In this document: in pieces, positions 20,150 through 29,713 of the stretch | Position numbering within the stretch: the first letter of the stretch is position 1 | How the letters are laid out: the number at the start of each line of letters is the position of its first letter | From: an uncultured Alphaproteobacteria bacterium | GTDB lineage: Bacteria; Pseudomonadota; Alphaproteobacteria; Rhizobiales; Xanthobacteraceae | DNA: 64,000 nt | Direction: 5' to 3' | Assembly: GCA_963850855.1 (NCBI GenBank) | Contig: CAWKNH010000012.1 | Span: 32,752-96,751, forward strand | Program-made: the position numbers and the translations under genes | The notes under the pieces: model-generated | The model's input: only the letters and a program-made list of their open reading frames with translations | What the model was told of the DNA's origin: nothing | The model's database searches: none

Positions 20150-20198
20150 GCGCATGATCCCGAAAAGTGGACGCCGGTTTTCGGAACAGACCGTGCGC
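20150..20198. repeat. REP-like imperfect palindromic element
   Basis: GCGCATGATCCCGAAAA-GTGGACGCCGG-TTTTCGGAACAGACCGTGCGC. Core CCGAAAA/TTTTCGG with outer GCGCA/TGCGC pairing, directly after the kinase stop. It resembles a repeat class I recall as common in intergenic DNA of Bradyrhizobiaceae. Confidence 0.5.
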
Positions 20199-20223
20199 GA
20201 ACAACGGCGCATAATGCCGAACC

Positions 20224-21792
20224 GTGTACGCCTCTAGCCGGAGTGCGGTGATGTTTCCGACCGCCGCAGGTGGCGCCAGCTTCGCCGTGACGTTAGCGAA
20301 CGAGCAGGCGACGGTGCGTTTCGCGCGCGATATCTCCGCCGTGCTCGAGCCCGGCGATCTGGTGACGCTTTCCGGCGCGCTGGGCGCCGGCAAAACGACC
20401 TTCGCGCGCGCTCTCATCCGGCAATTGGCGGCCGACGATACGATCGAGGTGCCGAGCCCGACCTTCACCTTGATGCAGACCTACGAGCTTGCGCGCTTCG
20501 CGCTCGTTCATGCCGATCTCTATCGGCTCTCGGGTGCAGCCGAGCTTGCCGAGCTCGGCTTCGACGATTTTCCCGATGGCACGGTGATCCTCCTGGAATG
20601 GCCGGATCGGGCCGCGGGTCTGCTGCCGCCCGACCGCCTCGACATTACGTTCACGCTCACGCCGCAGCTCGGCGCCGAGGAGCGCAATGCCCGCGTTGTC
20701 GGCTATGGCGCCTTCGCGGAGCGCGTGGAACGCATTCAGCCGGTGCGCGCCTTCCTCGACAAGTCCGGCTTCGGCGAGGCCAGGCGCCGGCGCATGCAGG
20801 GCGACGCCTCGACGCGTATCTTCGAGCGCCTCAAGCTCGACGACCGCACCGCCATCCTGATGAACGCACCGCGGCGCCCCGATGGCCCGCCGGTGCGCGC
20901 CGGCAAGCCCTACAGCGCGATCGCCCGTCTCGCCGAGGACGTCGTCCCCTATGTCGCCATCGCCTCGGCGTTGCGCGCGCGCTCGATCTCGGCGCCGGCG
21001 ATCATCGATGCCGATCTCGATCGCGGCCTCATCATCATGGAGGATCTCGGCGATGAGCGGATCGTCGCCGGCGAGCGTCCGACGCCGATCGAGGCGCGCT
21101 ACGCTGCCGCCGTCGATGTCCTTGCCGCACTGCACGGCCAGAAACTTCCCGACGTGCTGCAGGTGGCGCCGCATCTCGATTATCCGCTGCCGCGCTACGA
21201 CATGGAGGCCTTCCTGATCGAGGCCGAATTGCTGCTCGACTGGTATCTGCCGGCGGTCGGCGCGGCGGCGAGCACCCCGATGCGCGAAACCTTCCTCGCG
21301 CTATGGCGCGACGCGCTCGCGCCGGCGATCCAAGCGCCGCCGACCTGGGTGTTGCGCGACTATCATTCGCCCAATCTCTTGTGGCTCCCCGACCGCGAAG
21401 GCGTCGCCCAGATCGGCGTCCTCGATTTCCAGGACGCGCTCCTCGGCCCCGCGGCCTACGACGTGGCTTCGCTGCTGCAGGATGCGCGCGTCGATGTTGC
21501 GGAATCGCTCGAGGTCGCGCTCCTCGGCCGCTACGCCCGGGCGCGCCGCGCCCAGGACGGGCATTTCGACGTTGCCGTCTTCACCCAGCTCTACGCCACG
21601 CTGGCGGCGCAAAGAGCGACCAAGATCCTCGGTATCTTTTCCCGGCTGGACCGGCGCGACGGCAAGCCTCAATACTTGCGTCACATTCCCCGCCTATGGG
21701 CCTATCTGCAGCGCTCGCTCGTGCACCCGGCGCTGGCGCCGCTGCGCGCCTGGTACGCCAATGTGCGGGTCAAGGCGCGGCATGGGGTATGA
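20224..21792 (+). CDS. tsaE: Fusion protein: TsaE (t6A ATPase) N-terminal domain plus aminoglycoside-phosphotransferase-fold sugar kinase (AmgK-like)
   Basis: 522-aa track ORF; start is GTG 20224 or ATG 20251. TsaE P-loop SGALGAGKTTFARALI. C-terminal kinase fold with ...VLRDYHSPNLLWL... and ...VLDFQDA... motifs. Confidence 0.85.
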   Translation: MYASSRSAVMFPTAAGGASFAVTLANEQATVRFARDISAVLEPGDLVTLSGALGAGKTTFARALIRQLAADDTIEVPSPTFTLMQTYELARFALVHADLYRLSGAAELAELGFDDFPDGTVILLEWPDRAAGLLPPDRLDITFTLTPQLGAEERNARVVGYGAFAERVERIQPVRAFLDKSGFGEARRRRMQGDASTRIFERLKLDDRTAILMNAPRRPDGPPVRAGKPYSAIARLAEDVVPYVAIASALRARSISAPAIIDADLDRGLIIMEDLGDERIVAGERPTPIEARYAAAVDVLAALHGQKLPDVLQVAPHLDYPLPRYDMEAFLIEAELLLDWYLPAVGAAASTPMRETFLALWRDALAPAIQAPPTWVLRDYHSPNLLWLPDREGVAQIGVLDFQDALLGPAAYDVASLLQDARVDVAESLEVALLGRYARARRAQDGHFDVAVFTQLYATLAAQRATKILGIFSRLDRRDGKPQYLRHIPRLWAYLQRSLVHPALAPLRAWYANVRVKARHGV

Positions 21793-21836
21793 TCCGCGAA
21801 TCGGTGACAGCGGGGGGGGGTGGCCCGGGAGATACC

Positions 21837-22550
21837 ATGACGCCGAACCGCGCGATCGTGCTGGCGGCCGGTCTGGGCACGCGGATGCGGCCGCATAACG
21901 GTCACATCCCGAAGCCCCTGGTCGCGATCGCCGGCAAACCCTTGATCGATTACGCGCTCGATCGGCTTGCCGACGCTGGCGTCGAGCGCGCGGTGGTCAA
22001 CGTGCATCACCTCGCCGACGCTGTGGAGCGGCACCTGGCGGCGCGCGCGCGGCCGCAGATCGTCATTTCCGATGAGCGCGGGGCGCTTCTCGGCACCGGC
22101 GGCGGCATCGCCAAGGCGCTGCCGGAGCTCGGCAATGCTCCGTTCTTTCTGGTCAACTCCGACACGGTGTGGCTCGACGGCGTCAAGCCCAACATTGTCA
22201 GGCTCGCCGAAGCGTTCGATCCCGGCACGATGGACGCCTTGCTGCTGCTGGCGCCGACGACCGACAGCATCGGCTATGCGGGCCGCGGCGATTTCGCCAT
22301 GCTCCCCGACGGCCGCCTGCGCCGGCGCGGCGAGCGCGAGGTGGTGCCGTTCGTCTATTCCGGCGCCGCCATCCTCGCGCCGGCGCTGTTTGCCGGAGCG
22401 CCCGCGGGCGCCTTTCCGCTCACGCTCCTCTTCGACCGCGCCGGCGCGGCGGGCCGCCTATTCGGGCTGCGCCTGGAAGGCGTGTGGATGCATGTGGGCA
22501 CGCCGGAAGCGGTCGCCGCCGCCGAGGCGACCCTCGCCGATATGCGATAG
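21837..22550 (+). CDS. murU: Sugar-1-phosphate nucleotidyltransferase (MurU-like MurNAc-1-P uridylyltransferase)
   Basis: C-terminal part of composite track ORF 21303..22550. ATG 21837 gives MTPNRAIVLAAGLGTRMRP (canonical GxGTR spacing). An upstream ATG at 21789 overlaps the preceding stop (ATGA) and would add 16 residues that include a G9-encoded Gly run. Confidence 0.8.
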   Translation: MTPNRAIVLAAGLGTRMRPHNGHIPKPLVAIAGKPLIDYALDRLADAGVERAVVNVHHLADAVERHLAARARPQIVISDERGALLGTGGGIAKALPELGNAPFFLVNSDTVWLDGVKPNIVRLAEAFDPGTMDALLLLAPTTDSIGYAGRGDFAMLPDGRLRRRGEREVVPFVYSGAAILAPALFAGAPAGAFPLTLLFDRAGAAGRLFGLRLEGVWMHVGTPEAVAAAEATLADMR

Positions 22551-22603
22551 CAGGCGACACGCGATAGAATCGGATCGGGCTGTGGGCTATATCGCGAACC
22601 GAT

Positions 22604-25600
22604 ATGCCCGCTTGCGTCTTCACCATTCCGCCGTCGGCGCCGTTCCTCCCGACGCTGATCACGGCATTGACCGGCGGCAGGCTCGGCTTCCGGTTTGCCG
22701 CCGATCCGCTCGCGCTTGCCGCCGCGACGCTCTACCTGCCGACGCGGCGCGCCTGCCGTCTGGCGCGTGACGCTTTTCTCGATGCGCTCGACCGCGACGC
22801 GGCGATCCTGCCGCGCATCGTCGCCATCGGCGATATCGACGAGGACGAGATCGCGTTCGCCGAAGCGGCCTCCGGCACCATTGCCGCGGACGCGCTCGCC
22901 CTGCCGCCGGCGCTCGGCGGGCTCGAGCGGCGGTTGCTGCTCGCGCGCCTGATCATGACCTGGGCCGCGGCTCCCGAGGTCCGCGGCGCAAGCGGCGGTC
23001 CGCTGGTCGCGCAGACGCCAGCGGCTGCCTGCGCGCTGGCCGACGATCTCGCGCGGCTCATCGACGACGTGACCATGCGCGGCGTCTCATGGAACGGGCT
23101 CGACGGCCTCGTCCCGGAAGCGCTCGATCCGTATTGGCAGCTGACGCTGAAATTCCTGCAGATCGCGCGGCAGGCCTGGCCGGATGTCTTGCGCGAGCGC
23201 GGATTCATCGAGCCGGCGGCGCGGCGCGACGCGCTGATCAAGGCCGAGACGGCGCGGCTCGCGCGCAAGACCGACGCGCCGGTGATCGTCGCCGGCTCGA
23301 CCGGCTCGATTCCGGCGACCGCCGATTTGATCGCGGCGATCGCGCGTTTGCCGCACGGCGCCGTGGTGCTCCCCGGCCTCGACACCGATCTCGACGAGGC
23401 CTCCTGGCGCCTGATCGGTGGCGACGAACGTAACGGCGTTCCTCCCGCGCCCGGCCATCCGCAATTCGCGCTGCAGGCGCTGCTGGCGCGCATCGGCGTC
23501 GCCCGCGACGCGGTCGAGCAACTTGCCGAACCTCGCGGGCGCGAGCGGCTCGTCTCGGAAGCGCTGCGCCCGGCGGCGGCGACCGACCTCTGGCGGCAGC
23601 GCGCCGCCGATCCGTCGTTCGAGGCGGCGGCCGATGCGGCGCTCGGCACCATGGCGATGATCGAAGCGGGGCACGCCGAGGACGAGGCGCTCGCCATCGC
23701 GGTCGCTTTGCGCGAAGCCGTGGAACAAAAAAAGACCGCCGCGCTCGTCACGCCGGATCGCGCGCTCGCGCGCCGGGTCGGCGCCGCGCTCGCGCGCTGG
23801 TCGATCGCCGCGGAGGATTCAGCCGGGCAAGCGCTCGCCGACACGCCGGCGGGCGTGTTTGCGCGGCTTGCCGCCGAGGCGGCGCTCGACGGGGTTGCGC
23901 CGGTGATTTTGCTCGCCTTGCTCAAGCATCCGCTGCTGCGGCTTTCCTTGCACGGCACCGAGCGTTCCGTCGCCGCGCTTGAGCGCGCGGTCCTGCGTGG
24001 CCCGCGCCCGCGTCGCGGCAGCGCCGGCCTTGCCGGCGCGGTCGAGGCCTTGCGAACCCAACTGGAGAAATTCCGCCGCAAGGAGGAGGTCGATCTGCAC
24101 GCCTCCGATCCGCGCATCGATCTCGCCGATGGCGAGCTTGCGGCCGCCGGCGAACTCGTGCGCCGGCTCGCCGCCGCGCTGGCGCCGCTGGAAGGCATCG
24201 GCCGGGAGACACGGCCGCTGAGCGACATGGCCGCGCGCCATCGCGATGTGCTGGCCGCGCTGTCGCGCGACGGCAAGGAGGAAGGCGTCTTCGCCGGTCC
24301 CGACGGCGCGAGGCTCGCGGACGCGCTCGATGAATTGGCGACGAGCGGAGCCGCCGGCGACTTCCCCGTTGCGCCTTCCGACTATGTCGAGCTGTTCGCC
24401 GCCGCGCTGGCCGGGCGCGTGGTGCGCCGGCCGCCGCAACGCGGCGCGCGCGTGCGCATCCTCGGGCCGCTCGAGGCGCGGCTCACCGAGAGCGACCGCG
24501 TCGTGCTCGGCGGGCTGGTCGAAGGGACGTGGCCGCCGGAGACGCAAACCGACGCTTGGCTCAACCGCCCGATGCGCAGAGAGCTGGGCCTCGATCTGCC
24601 CGAGCGCCGCATCGGATTGTCCGGGCATGATTTTGCTCAGTTGCTCGGCGCGCGAGAAGTGATCCTGACGCGCGCCGCCAAGGTCGCCGGTGCGCCCACG
24701 GTGCCTTCGCGCTTCGTCCAGCGCCTCGCCGCGATTGCCGGCGCGCGATGGGAGAGCGTGATCGAGCGCGGCAACACCTATCTCGCTTGGGCGCGCGACA
24801 TCGATCGTCCGGAGCGGGTCGCTGCGGCGCCGCGGCCGGCGCCGAAGCCGCCGCGCGCCGCGCGGCCGACCGGCCTCTCGGTCACCGAGATCGAGCACTG
24901 GCTGCGCGATCCGTACACGATCTACGCCAAGCACGTCCTGCGCCTGAAGCCGCTCGACGAGGTCGACGCGGCACCCGGCGCCGCCGAGCGCGGCACCATC
25001 ATTCACGCCGCGATCCGCGATTTCACCCAACGCTTCGCCGCGAGCCTGCCGGCCGACCCGGCGCGCGAGCTCATCGAGCTTGGGCGCGCGCACTTCGCGG
25101 GACTCGAAGAATTTCCCGAGGCGCAGGCCTTCTGGTGGCCACGCTTCATGCGTATCGCTCGCTGGTTCGGCGCCTGGGAGGCCGGCCGGCGGCCGGCCAT
25201 TGCCGCGATCGCCGCCGAGATCCGCGGCGAGATCGAGATCCCGCTCGCCGCCGGCGCTTTCAGGCTGCGCGGCGTCGCCGACCGTATCGAACAGCATGCG
25301 GACGGCGGCTACGTCGTCCTCGACTACAAGACCGGCGCGTTGCGGACCGAGAAGCAGGTGCGCACCGGGCTCGCACCGCAGCTCACGCTCGAGGCCGCGA
25401 TGCTGCGCCAAGGCGGGTTCAAAACCATCCCGGCCGGCGCGTCGGTCGCCGCACTGGCCTATGTGATGCTCAAAGGCGGCGTGCCGCCGGGCAAGCTCGA
25501 ACCGATCGTGTTCAAGGAAGGCACGCCGGCGAGCCAAGCCGAGCGGGCCTTGGCCAAGCTCACGACGCTGGTGCGGCGCTTCGACGACGATAACGAGCCG

Positions 25601-25726
25601 TATCGGTCGCTGGTCCATCCGATGTGGAAGGCGCGCTACGGCGACTACGACCACCTCGCGCGCGTCAAGGAATGGTCGGCGACCGGCGGCCCCGAAGACG
25701 AAGATTTCGGGAGCGGCGCGCCGTGA
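22604..25726 (+). CDS. addB: Double-strand-break repair protein AddB (alphaproteobacterial type)
   Basis: 1040-aa track ORF. C-terminal PD-(D/E)xK nuclease region (...GVADRIEQHADGGYVVLDYKTG...). Immediately followed by, and overlapping, addA. Confidence 0.9.
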   Translation: MPACVFTIPPSAPFLPTLITALTGGRLGFRFAADPLALAAATLYLPTRRACRLARDAFLDALDRDAAILPRIVAIGDIDEDEIAFAEAASGTIAADALALPPALGGLERRLLLARLIMTWAAAPEVRGASGGPLVAQTPAAACALADDLARLIDDVTMRGVSWNGLDGLVPEALDPYWQLTLKFLQIARQAWPDVLRERGFIEPAARRDALIKAETARLARKTDAPVIVAGSTGSIPATADLIAAIARLPHGAVVLPGLDTDLDEASWRLIGGDERNGVPPAPGHPQFALQALLARIGVARDAVEQLAEPRGRERLVSEALRPAAATDLWRQRAADPSFEAAADAALGTMAMIEAGHAEDEALAIAVALREAVEQKKTAALVTPDRALARRVGAALARWSIAAEDSAGQALADTPAGVFARLAAEAALDGVAPVILLALLKHPLLRLSLHGTERSVAALERAVLRGPRPRRGSAGLAGAVEALRTQLEKFRRKEEVDLHASDPRIDLADGELAAAGELVRRLAAALAPLEGIGRETRPLSDMAARHRDVLAALSRDGKEEGVFAGPDGARLADALDELATSGAAGDFPVAPSDYVELFAAALAGRVVRRPPQRGARVRILGPLEARLTESDRVVLGGLVEGTWPPETQTDAWLNRPMRRELGLDLPERRIGLSGHDFAQLLGAREVILTRAAKVAGAPTVPSRFVQRLAAIAGARWESVIERGNTYLAWARDIDRPERVAAAPRPAPKPPRAARPTGLSVTEIEHWLRDPYTIYAKHVLRLKPLDEVDAAPGAAERGTIIHAAIRDFTQRFAASLPADPARELIELGRAHFAGLEEFPEAQAFWWPRFMRIARWFGAWEAGRRPAIAAIAAEIRGEIEIPLAAGAFRLRGVADRIEQHADGGYVVLDYKTGALRTEKQVRTGLAPQLTLEAAMLRQGGFKTIPAGASVAALAYVMLKGGVPPGKLEPIVFKEGTPASQAERALAKLTTLVRRFDDDNEPYRSLVHPMWKARYGDYDHLARVKEWSATGGPEDEDFGSGAP

Positions 25727-28700
25727 GATCGCCGAGCATCATCCCGCCCGACGTGCTCCGGTTGCAGGGCGAAGTCTCCGATCCGGCGGTGTCGGCGTGG
25801 GTCGCGGCCAATGCCGGATCGGGCAAGACGCATGTGCTGGCGCAGCGCGTGATCGGTCTTCTGCTCGCCGGCGTCGAGCCGGAAAAAATTCTCTGCATCA
25901 CCTTCACCAAGGCGGCGGCCGCGAACATGGCGAAGCGGGTGTTCGACACGCTCGGGCGCTGGACCACGCTCGACGACGCCGCGCTCGATGACGCCATTCG
26001 CGGGGGCTCCGCCGCCGCACCAAGCGCGCCCCGCCGGGCGTTGGCGCGGCGGCTGTTTGCGCGCGCACTGGAGACGCCGGGCGGCCTCAAGGTGCAGACC
26101 ATCCACGCCTTCTGCACACAACTCCTGCATCAATTTCCGTTCGAAGCGAACGTCGCCGCCCGCTTCGGCGTGTTCGACGAGGCCCAGCAATCGCAACTGC
26201 TGGAGCGGTTGACCCTGGCAGTGCTGCTTGAAGGAGCGGCCGCCGCCGAGAGCCCGCTCGGCCGCGCGCTCGGTATCGCCATGACCGCAGGCGCCGACCA
26301 GACCTTCCGTGACGTGGTGCGCGAGGCGATCGGCCGTCGCGATGTGATCGACCGCTGGCTCGGCAGCGCCGGCGGCTTGGATGCCGCGATCAGCTCGCTT
26401 TCGCGCGGACTCGGCCTCGAGCCGGGAGCGGACATGGACAGCGTCGAAGCCGAGTTCTTCGCCGGCGCCCTGATCGCGCCGCCGGAGTGGCCGGTGCTGG
26501 CTACAGCGTTGGCGCAGGGCGCCAAGACCGATTGCGAGCAGGCCGAGCGGTTCGCCACGCTCGCTGCGCGCTTAGGCTCGGACCGCATCGAAACCTATAT
26601 CGATATTTTTTGCACCGATCAGCGTACCCCGCGCAAATCGATTGTGACCAAGGCGATCAAAGATCCGGGACTGATCGAGCGGCTTAACGCCGAACAGGAA
26701 CGCGTGTGCCAAGTCCTGGAGCGGCGCAATGCGGTCGCCTGCCGCGATCGCAGCGCCGCCCTCCTCACCGTCGCCGAGGCGGTGCTGACCCGGTATCGCT
26801 GCGAAAAAGAGCGGCGCGGCCTGCTCGACTATGACGACCTCATCGACAAGACCCTGGCTCTGCTCAACAGCGTTGAAGCGGCCTGGGTCCACTACAAGCT
26901 CGATCTCGGGATCGACCATGTGCTGATCGACGAGGCGCAGGACACTAGCTTGAAGCAGTGGGAGATCGTCTGCCGCCTCACCGCGGAATTCACCGCCGGA
27001 AAGGGAGCGCGCGATCTCCGGCGCACGATGTTTGCCGTCGGCGACGAAAAGCAATCGATCTTCTCGTTTCAGGACGCCGTCCCGGCGGAATTCGCGCTGA
27101 TGCGCCGGCATTTCGAGCGCGCGCATCAAGCCGGCGGACTGGATTTCGTTTTTCGCGAATTCAAGCACTCGTTCCGCTCCGGCGAGAGCGTGCTCGGCGC
27201 CGTCGACGAGGTGTTCAAGGCAAAGGCGATCGCGGCCAGTGTCAGTGCGGACAGCGGCGGCTTTCCGCCGCATATCGCCCTGCCGGACGCGCCGCCGAGC
27301 CTCGTCGAGATCTGGGAGCCGACGAAACCGGAAGAGCGCGAGCCGATCGAAGGCTGGGACGCGCCGTTCGATACGGTGAGCGAAACGAGCCCGCGGGTGA
27401 GGCTGGCGCAGCGGATTGCGCGCACCGTGCGCCAATACATCGCCGAGCGCCTGCCGGTCGGCATCGAGGGCCGCGCGGCGCGTTATGGCGACGTGCTCGT
27501 CCTCGTGCGCCAGCGCGGGCCGCTGTTCGAGGCGATCATCCGCGCGCTCAAGAACGAGGGCGTCGAGGTGGCCGGCGCCGATCGCCTCATGCTGACCGAG
27601 CACATCGCGGTCATGGACCTGATGGCGCTCGCCGACGCGCTTTTGTTGCGCGAGGACGATCTCGCACTGGCGGCGGCGCTGCGCAGCCCGCTGTTCGGAT
27701 TCACCGACGATGATTTGTTCGCCATCGCCTGGAATCGCGGGCGCTCTTCGCTGCGCCATGCGCTCGCCGGCAAGGCCGCGGAGCAGGAAAAATTCAATGA
27801 GGCTGCGGCGCGGCTCGACGCGCTTGCGCAAGCGGCGCGGCGCGAGACGCCGTTCGGCTTCTACGCGCAGATTCTCGGCGCCGGCGGCGGCCGGCATCGC
27901 TTCCTCGCCCGCCTTGGCGCCGAAGCGAACGACGCGCTGGATGAATTCCTCAATCTGGCGCTCGAATATGAGCGGCGGGAGACGCCGTCGCTGCAGGGCT
28001 TTGTCGCCTGGCTGCGCGCCGCGCGCGCCGAGGTCAAACGCGACATGGAGATCGCGCGCGACGAAGTCCGGGTCATGACCGTGCACGGCGCCAAGGGCCT
28101 GGAAGCGCCGATCGTGATCCTCGCCGATACCATGACGTCGCCCGCCGGCCCGCGGCCGCCGCGGCTCCTCAAGCTTGCCGACGGCGCGATGATCTGGGTG
28201 GGACGCAAGGACGACGACGTCGCGCCGGTCGCGGCGGCGCGGCGCGCGGCGTTGACTGAAGCCGAGCACGAGTACCGCCGGCTCCTTTACGTCGCCATGA
28301 CCCGCGCCGCCGACCGGCTGATCGTGTGCGGCGCCGACGGCGAACGCAGGCGGCCGGCAGGCTGCTGGTACGATCTCGTGGTCGAGCCGTTGCGGCCGTT
28401 CCTGGTCGAGGAAGGTGCAGGCGCGGAGAAAGTCTTGCGCTATCGCAAGCCTGCCGAGATCATCGAGCGTCGCTCACCCGCGGCGGATTTGCCCAAGGCC
28501 ACCCGCGGCGAGCTTCCGTCATGGCTGCGCCAGCCGGCGCCGGTCGAGGTGCCGGCTCCCGCGCTGCTCTCGCCGTCCTCGGCATTCGCCGATGACATCG
28601 GCGATTCTGCGCCGGCGGGCGGATCGGCTGCCGAGCGCGGCAAAGCGCTCAAGCGCGGCCGGCTCGTCCATCGGCTGATGCAGTCATTGCCCGATATTCC

Positions 28701-29187
28701 GGCGGCCGGCCGCAAGGACGCCGGGCAACTTTATCTCGACCGCGCCGCGGCCGATTTCCTCCCCGCGGAGCGGGCGGAAATCCTGCGGCAGGTCCTCACC
28801 GTCCTCAATGATTTGATCTTCGCGCAAGCGTTCGCGCCGGGAAGCCGCGCCGAAGTGCCGATCGTCGGCCGCATTGCGCACGCCGGCGCCCCTGCGGTCG
28901 CTGTCTCCGGCCAGGTGGATCGCCTGGCGGTGACGCGCGATGCCGTCGTGATCGTCGACTATAAATCCGACCGAATCGCTCCGCGCGGGCTTGCCGAAGT
29001 GCCGCGGGCCTATGCCGCGCAACTCGCGCTCTATTGCGCGGTACTGGCGCGCATTTACCCGGAGAAAACGCTTCGCGCGGCATTAGTGTTCACCGAGGGA
29101 CCGATCGTCATTGAAGTTCCTGGCGCGGCCACCGACGCGGCGCTGGCGAGGGCTATCGAGGCTATCCACTATTTCACGCTCCGGTGA
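25723..29187 (+). CDS. addA: Double-strand-break repair helicase/nuclease AddA
   Basis: Track ORF 25624..29187. GTG 25723 overlaps the addB stop (GTGA). UvrD motif I AGSGKTHVL. C-terminal nuclease (...GQVDRLAVTRDAVVIVDYKSD...). Confidence 0.9.
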   Translation: MRSPSIIPPDVLRLQGEVSDPAVSAWVAANAGSGKTHVLAQRVIGLLLAGVEPEKILCITFTKAAAANMAKRVFDTLGRWTTLDDAALDDAIRGGSAAAPSAPRRALARRLFARALETPGGLKVQTIHAFCTQLLHQFPFEANVAARFGVFDEAQQSQLLERLTLAVLLEGAAAAESPLGRALGIAMTAGADQTFRDVVREAIGRRDVIDRWLGSAGGLDAAISSLSRGLGLEPGADMDSVEAEFFAGALIAPPEWPVLATALAQGAKTDCEQAERFATLAARLGSDRIETYIDIFCTDQRTPRKSIVTKAIKDPGLIERLNAEQERVCQVLERRNAVACRDRSAALLTVAEAVLTRYRCEKERRGLLDYDDLIDKTLALLNSVEAAWVHYKLDLGIDHVLIDEAQDTSLKQWEIVCRLTAEFTAGKGARDLRRTMFAVGDEKQSIFSFQDAVPAEFALMRRHFERAHQAGGLDFVFREFKHSFRSGESVLGAVDEVFKAKAIAASVSADSGGFPPHIALPDAPPSLVEIWEPTKPEEREPIEGWDAPFDTVSETSPRVRLAQRIARTVRQYIAERLPVGIEGRAARYGDVLVLVRQRGPLFEAIIRALKNEGVEVAGADRLMLTEHIAVMDLMALADALLLREDDLALAAALRSPLFGFTDDDLFAIAWNRGRSSLRHALAGKAAEQEKFNEAAARLDALAQAARRETPFGFYAQILGAGGGRHRFLARLGAEANDALDEFLNLALEYERRETPSLQGFVAWLRAARAEVKRDMEIARDEVRVMTVHGAKGLEAPIVILADTMTSPAGPRPPRLLKLADGAMIWVGRKDDDVAPVAAARRAALTEAEHEYRRLLYVAMTRAADRLIVCGADGERRRPAGCWYDLVVEPLRPFLVEEGAGAEKVLRYRKPAEIIERRSPAADLPKATRGELPSWLRQPAPVEVPAPALLSPSSAFADDIGDSAPAGGSAAERGKALKRGRLVHRLMQSLPDIPAAGRKDAGQLYLDRAAADFLPAERAEILRQVLTVLNDLIFAQAFAPGSRAEVPIVGRIAHAGAPAVAVSGQVDRLAVTRDAVVIVDYKSDRIAPRGLAEVPRAYAAQLALYCAVLARIYPEKTLRAALVFTEGPIVIEVPGAATDAALARAIEAIHYFTLR

Positions 29188-29262
29188 GGTTCCCTTGACG
29201 CCTGCGGACGTCGTTCATACGTTCAGCGCCCTGCCTACTTTCCCGAATCAGTGAGGTCTTCC

Positions 29263-29580
29263 ATGGTCGACAAGGTAACGGACGCGACGTTCGACAAGGA
29301 CGTGCTCAAAGCGAGCGGACCGGTCGTGGTCGACTTCTGGGCGGAGTGGTGCGGCCCCTGCCGGACGATCTCCCCGGCGCTGGAAGAAATTTCCAACTCG
29401 CTCAACGGCAAGGTGAAGATCGTCAAGCTCAATGTCGACGAGAATCCGGGCACGGCGGCGAAATACGGCATCATGTCGATCCCGACTTTGATGCTGTTCA
29501 AGAACGGTCAGCTTGCCTCGCGTCAGGTCGGCGCCGCGCCGAAGCAGAAATTGGAGCAGTGGATCACCGCTTCGGTGTGA
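29263..29580 (+). CDS. trxA: Thioredoxin
   Basis: Track ORF 29251..29580, ATG 29263 ([10 protein letters not shown]). Active site WAEWCGPC. Confidence 0.95.
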   Translation: MVDKVTDATFDKDVLKASGPVVVDFWAEWCGPCRTISPALEEISNSLNGKVKIVKLNVDENPGTAAKYGIMSIPTLMLFKNGQLASRQVGAAPKQKLEQWITASV

Positions 29581-29607
29581 TTCGATCCCTGATTATCGTC
29601 TCTTCGT

Positions 29608-29703
29608 CATTGCCGGGCTTGACCCGGCAATCCATGTCTTGACGCCGCAGGAAACTTAACGCCTCAGGAAAGATGGATCACCGGGTCAAGCCCGGTGATG
29701 ATG
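29608..29703. repeat. Inverted pair of REP-like hairpin elements
   Basis: CATTGCCGGGCTTGACCCGGCAATCCATG (29608-29636) and ATGGATCACCGGGTCAAGCCCGGTGATGATG (29673-29703). Each has a CCGGG-N5-CCCGG hairpin and the two copies face each other. This repeat class yields artefactual 'PGLTRQS'/'VKPGDD' peptides. Confidence 0.6.
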
Positions 29704-29713
29704 CCGAGCATTG

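Noticed and set aside
19041-20468. 475-aa minus-strand ORF spanning the kinase 3' end and the tsaE 5' end
   Set aside because: It crosses an intergenic REP-like element and two real genes on the other strand, and has shadow composition.
23819-28269. 611-aa and 565-aa minus-strand ORFs antisense to addB and addA
   Set aside because: Shadow ORFs. The + strand carries helicase and nuclease motifs.
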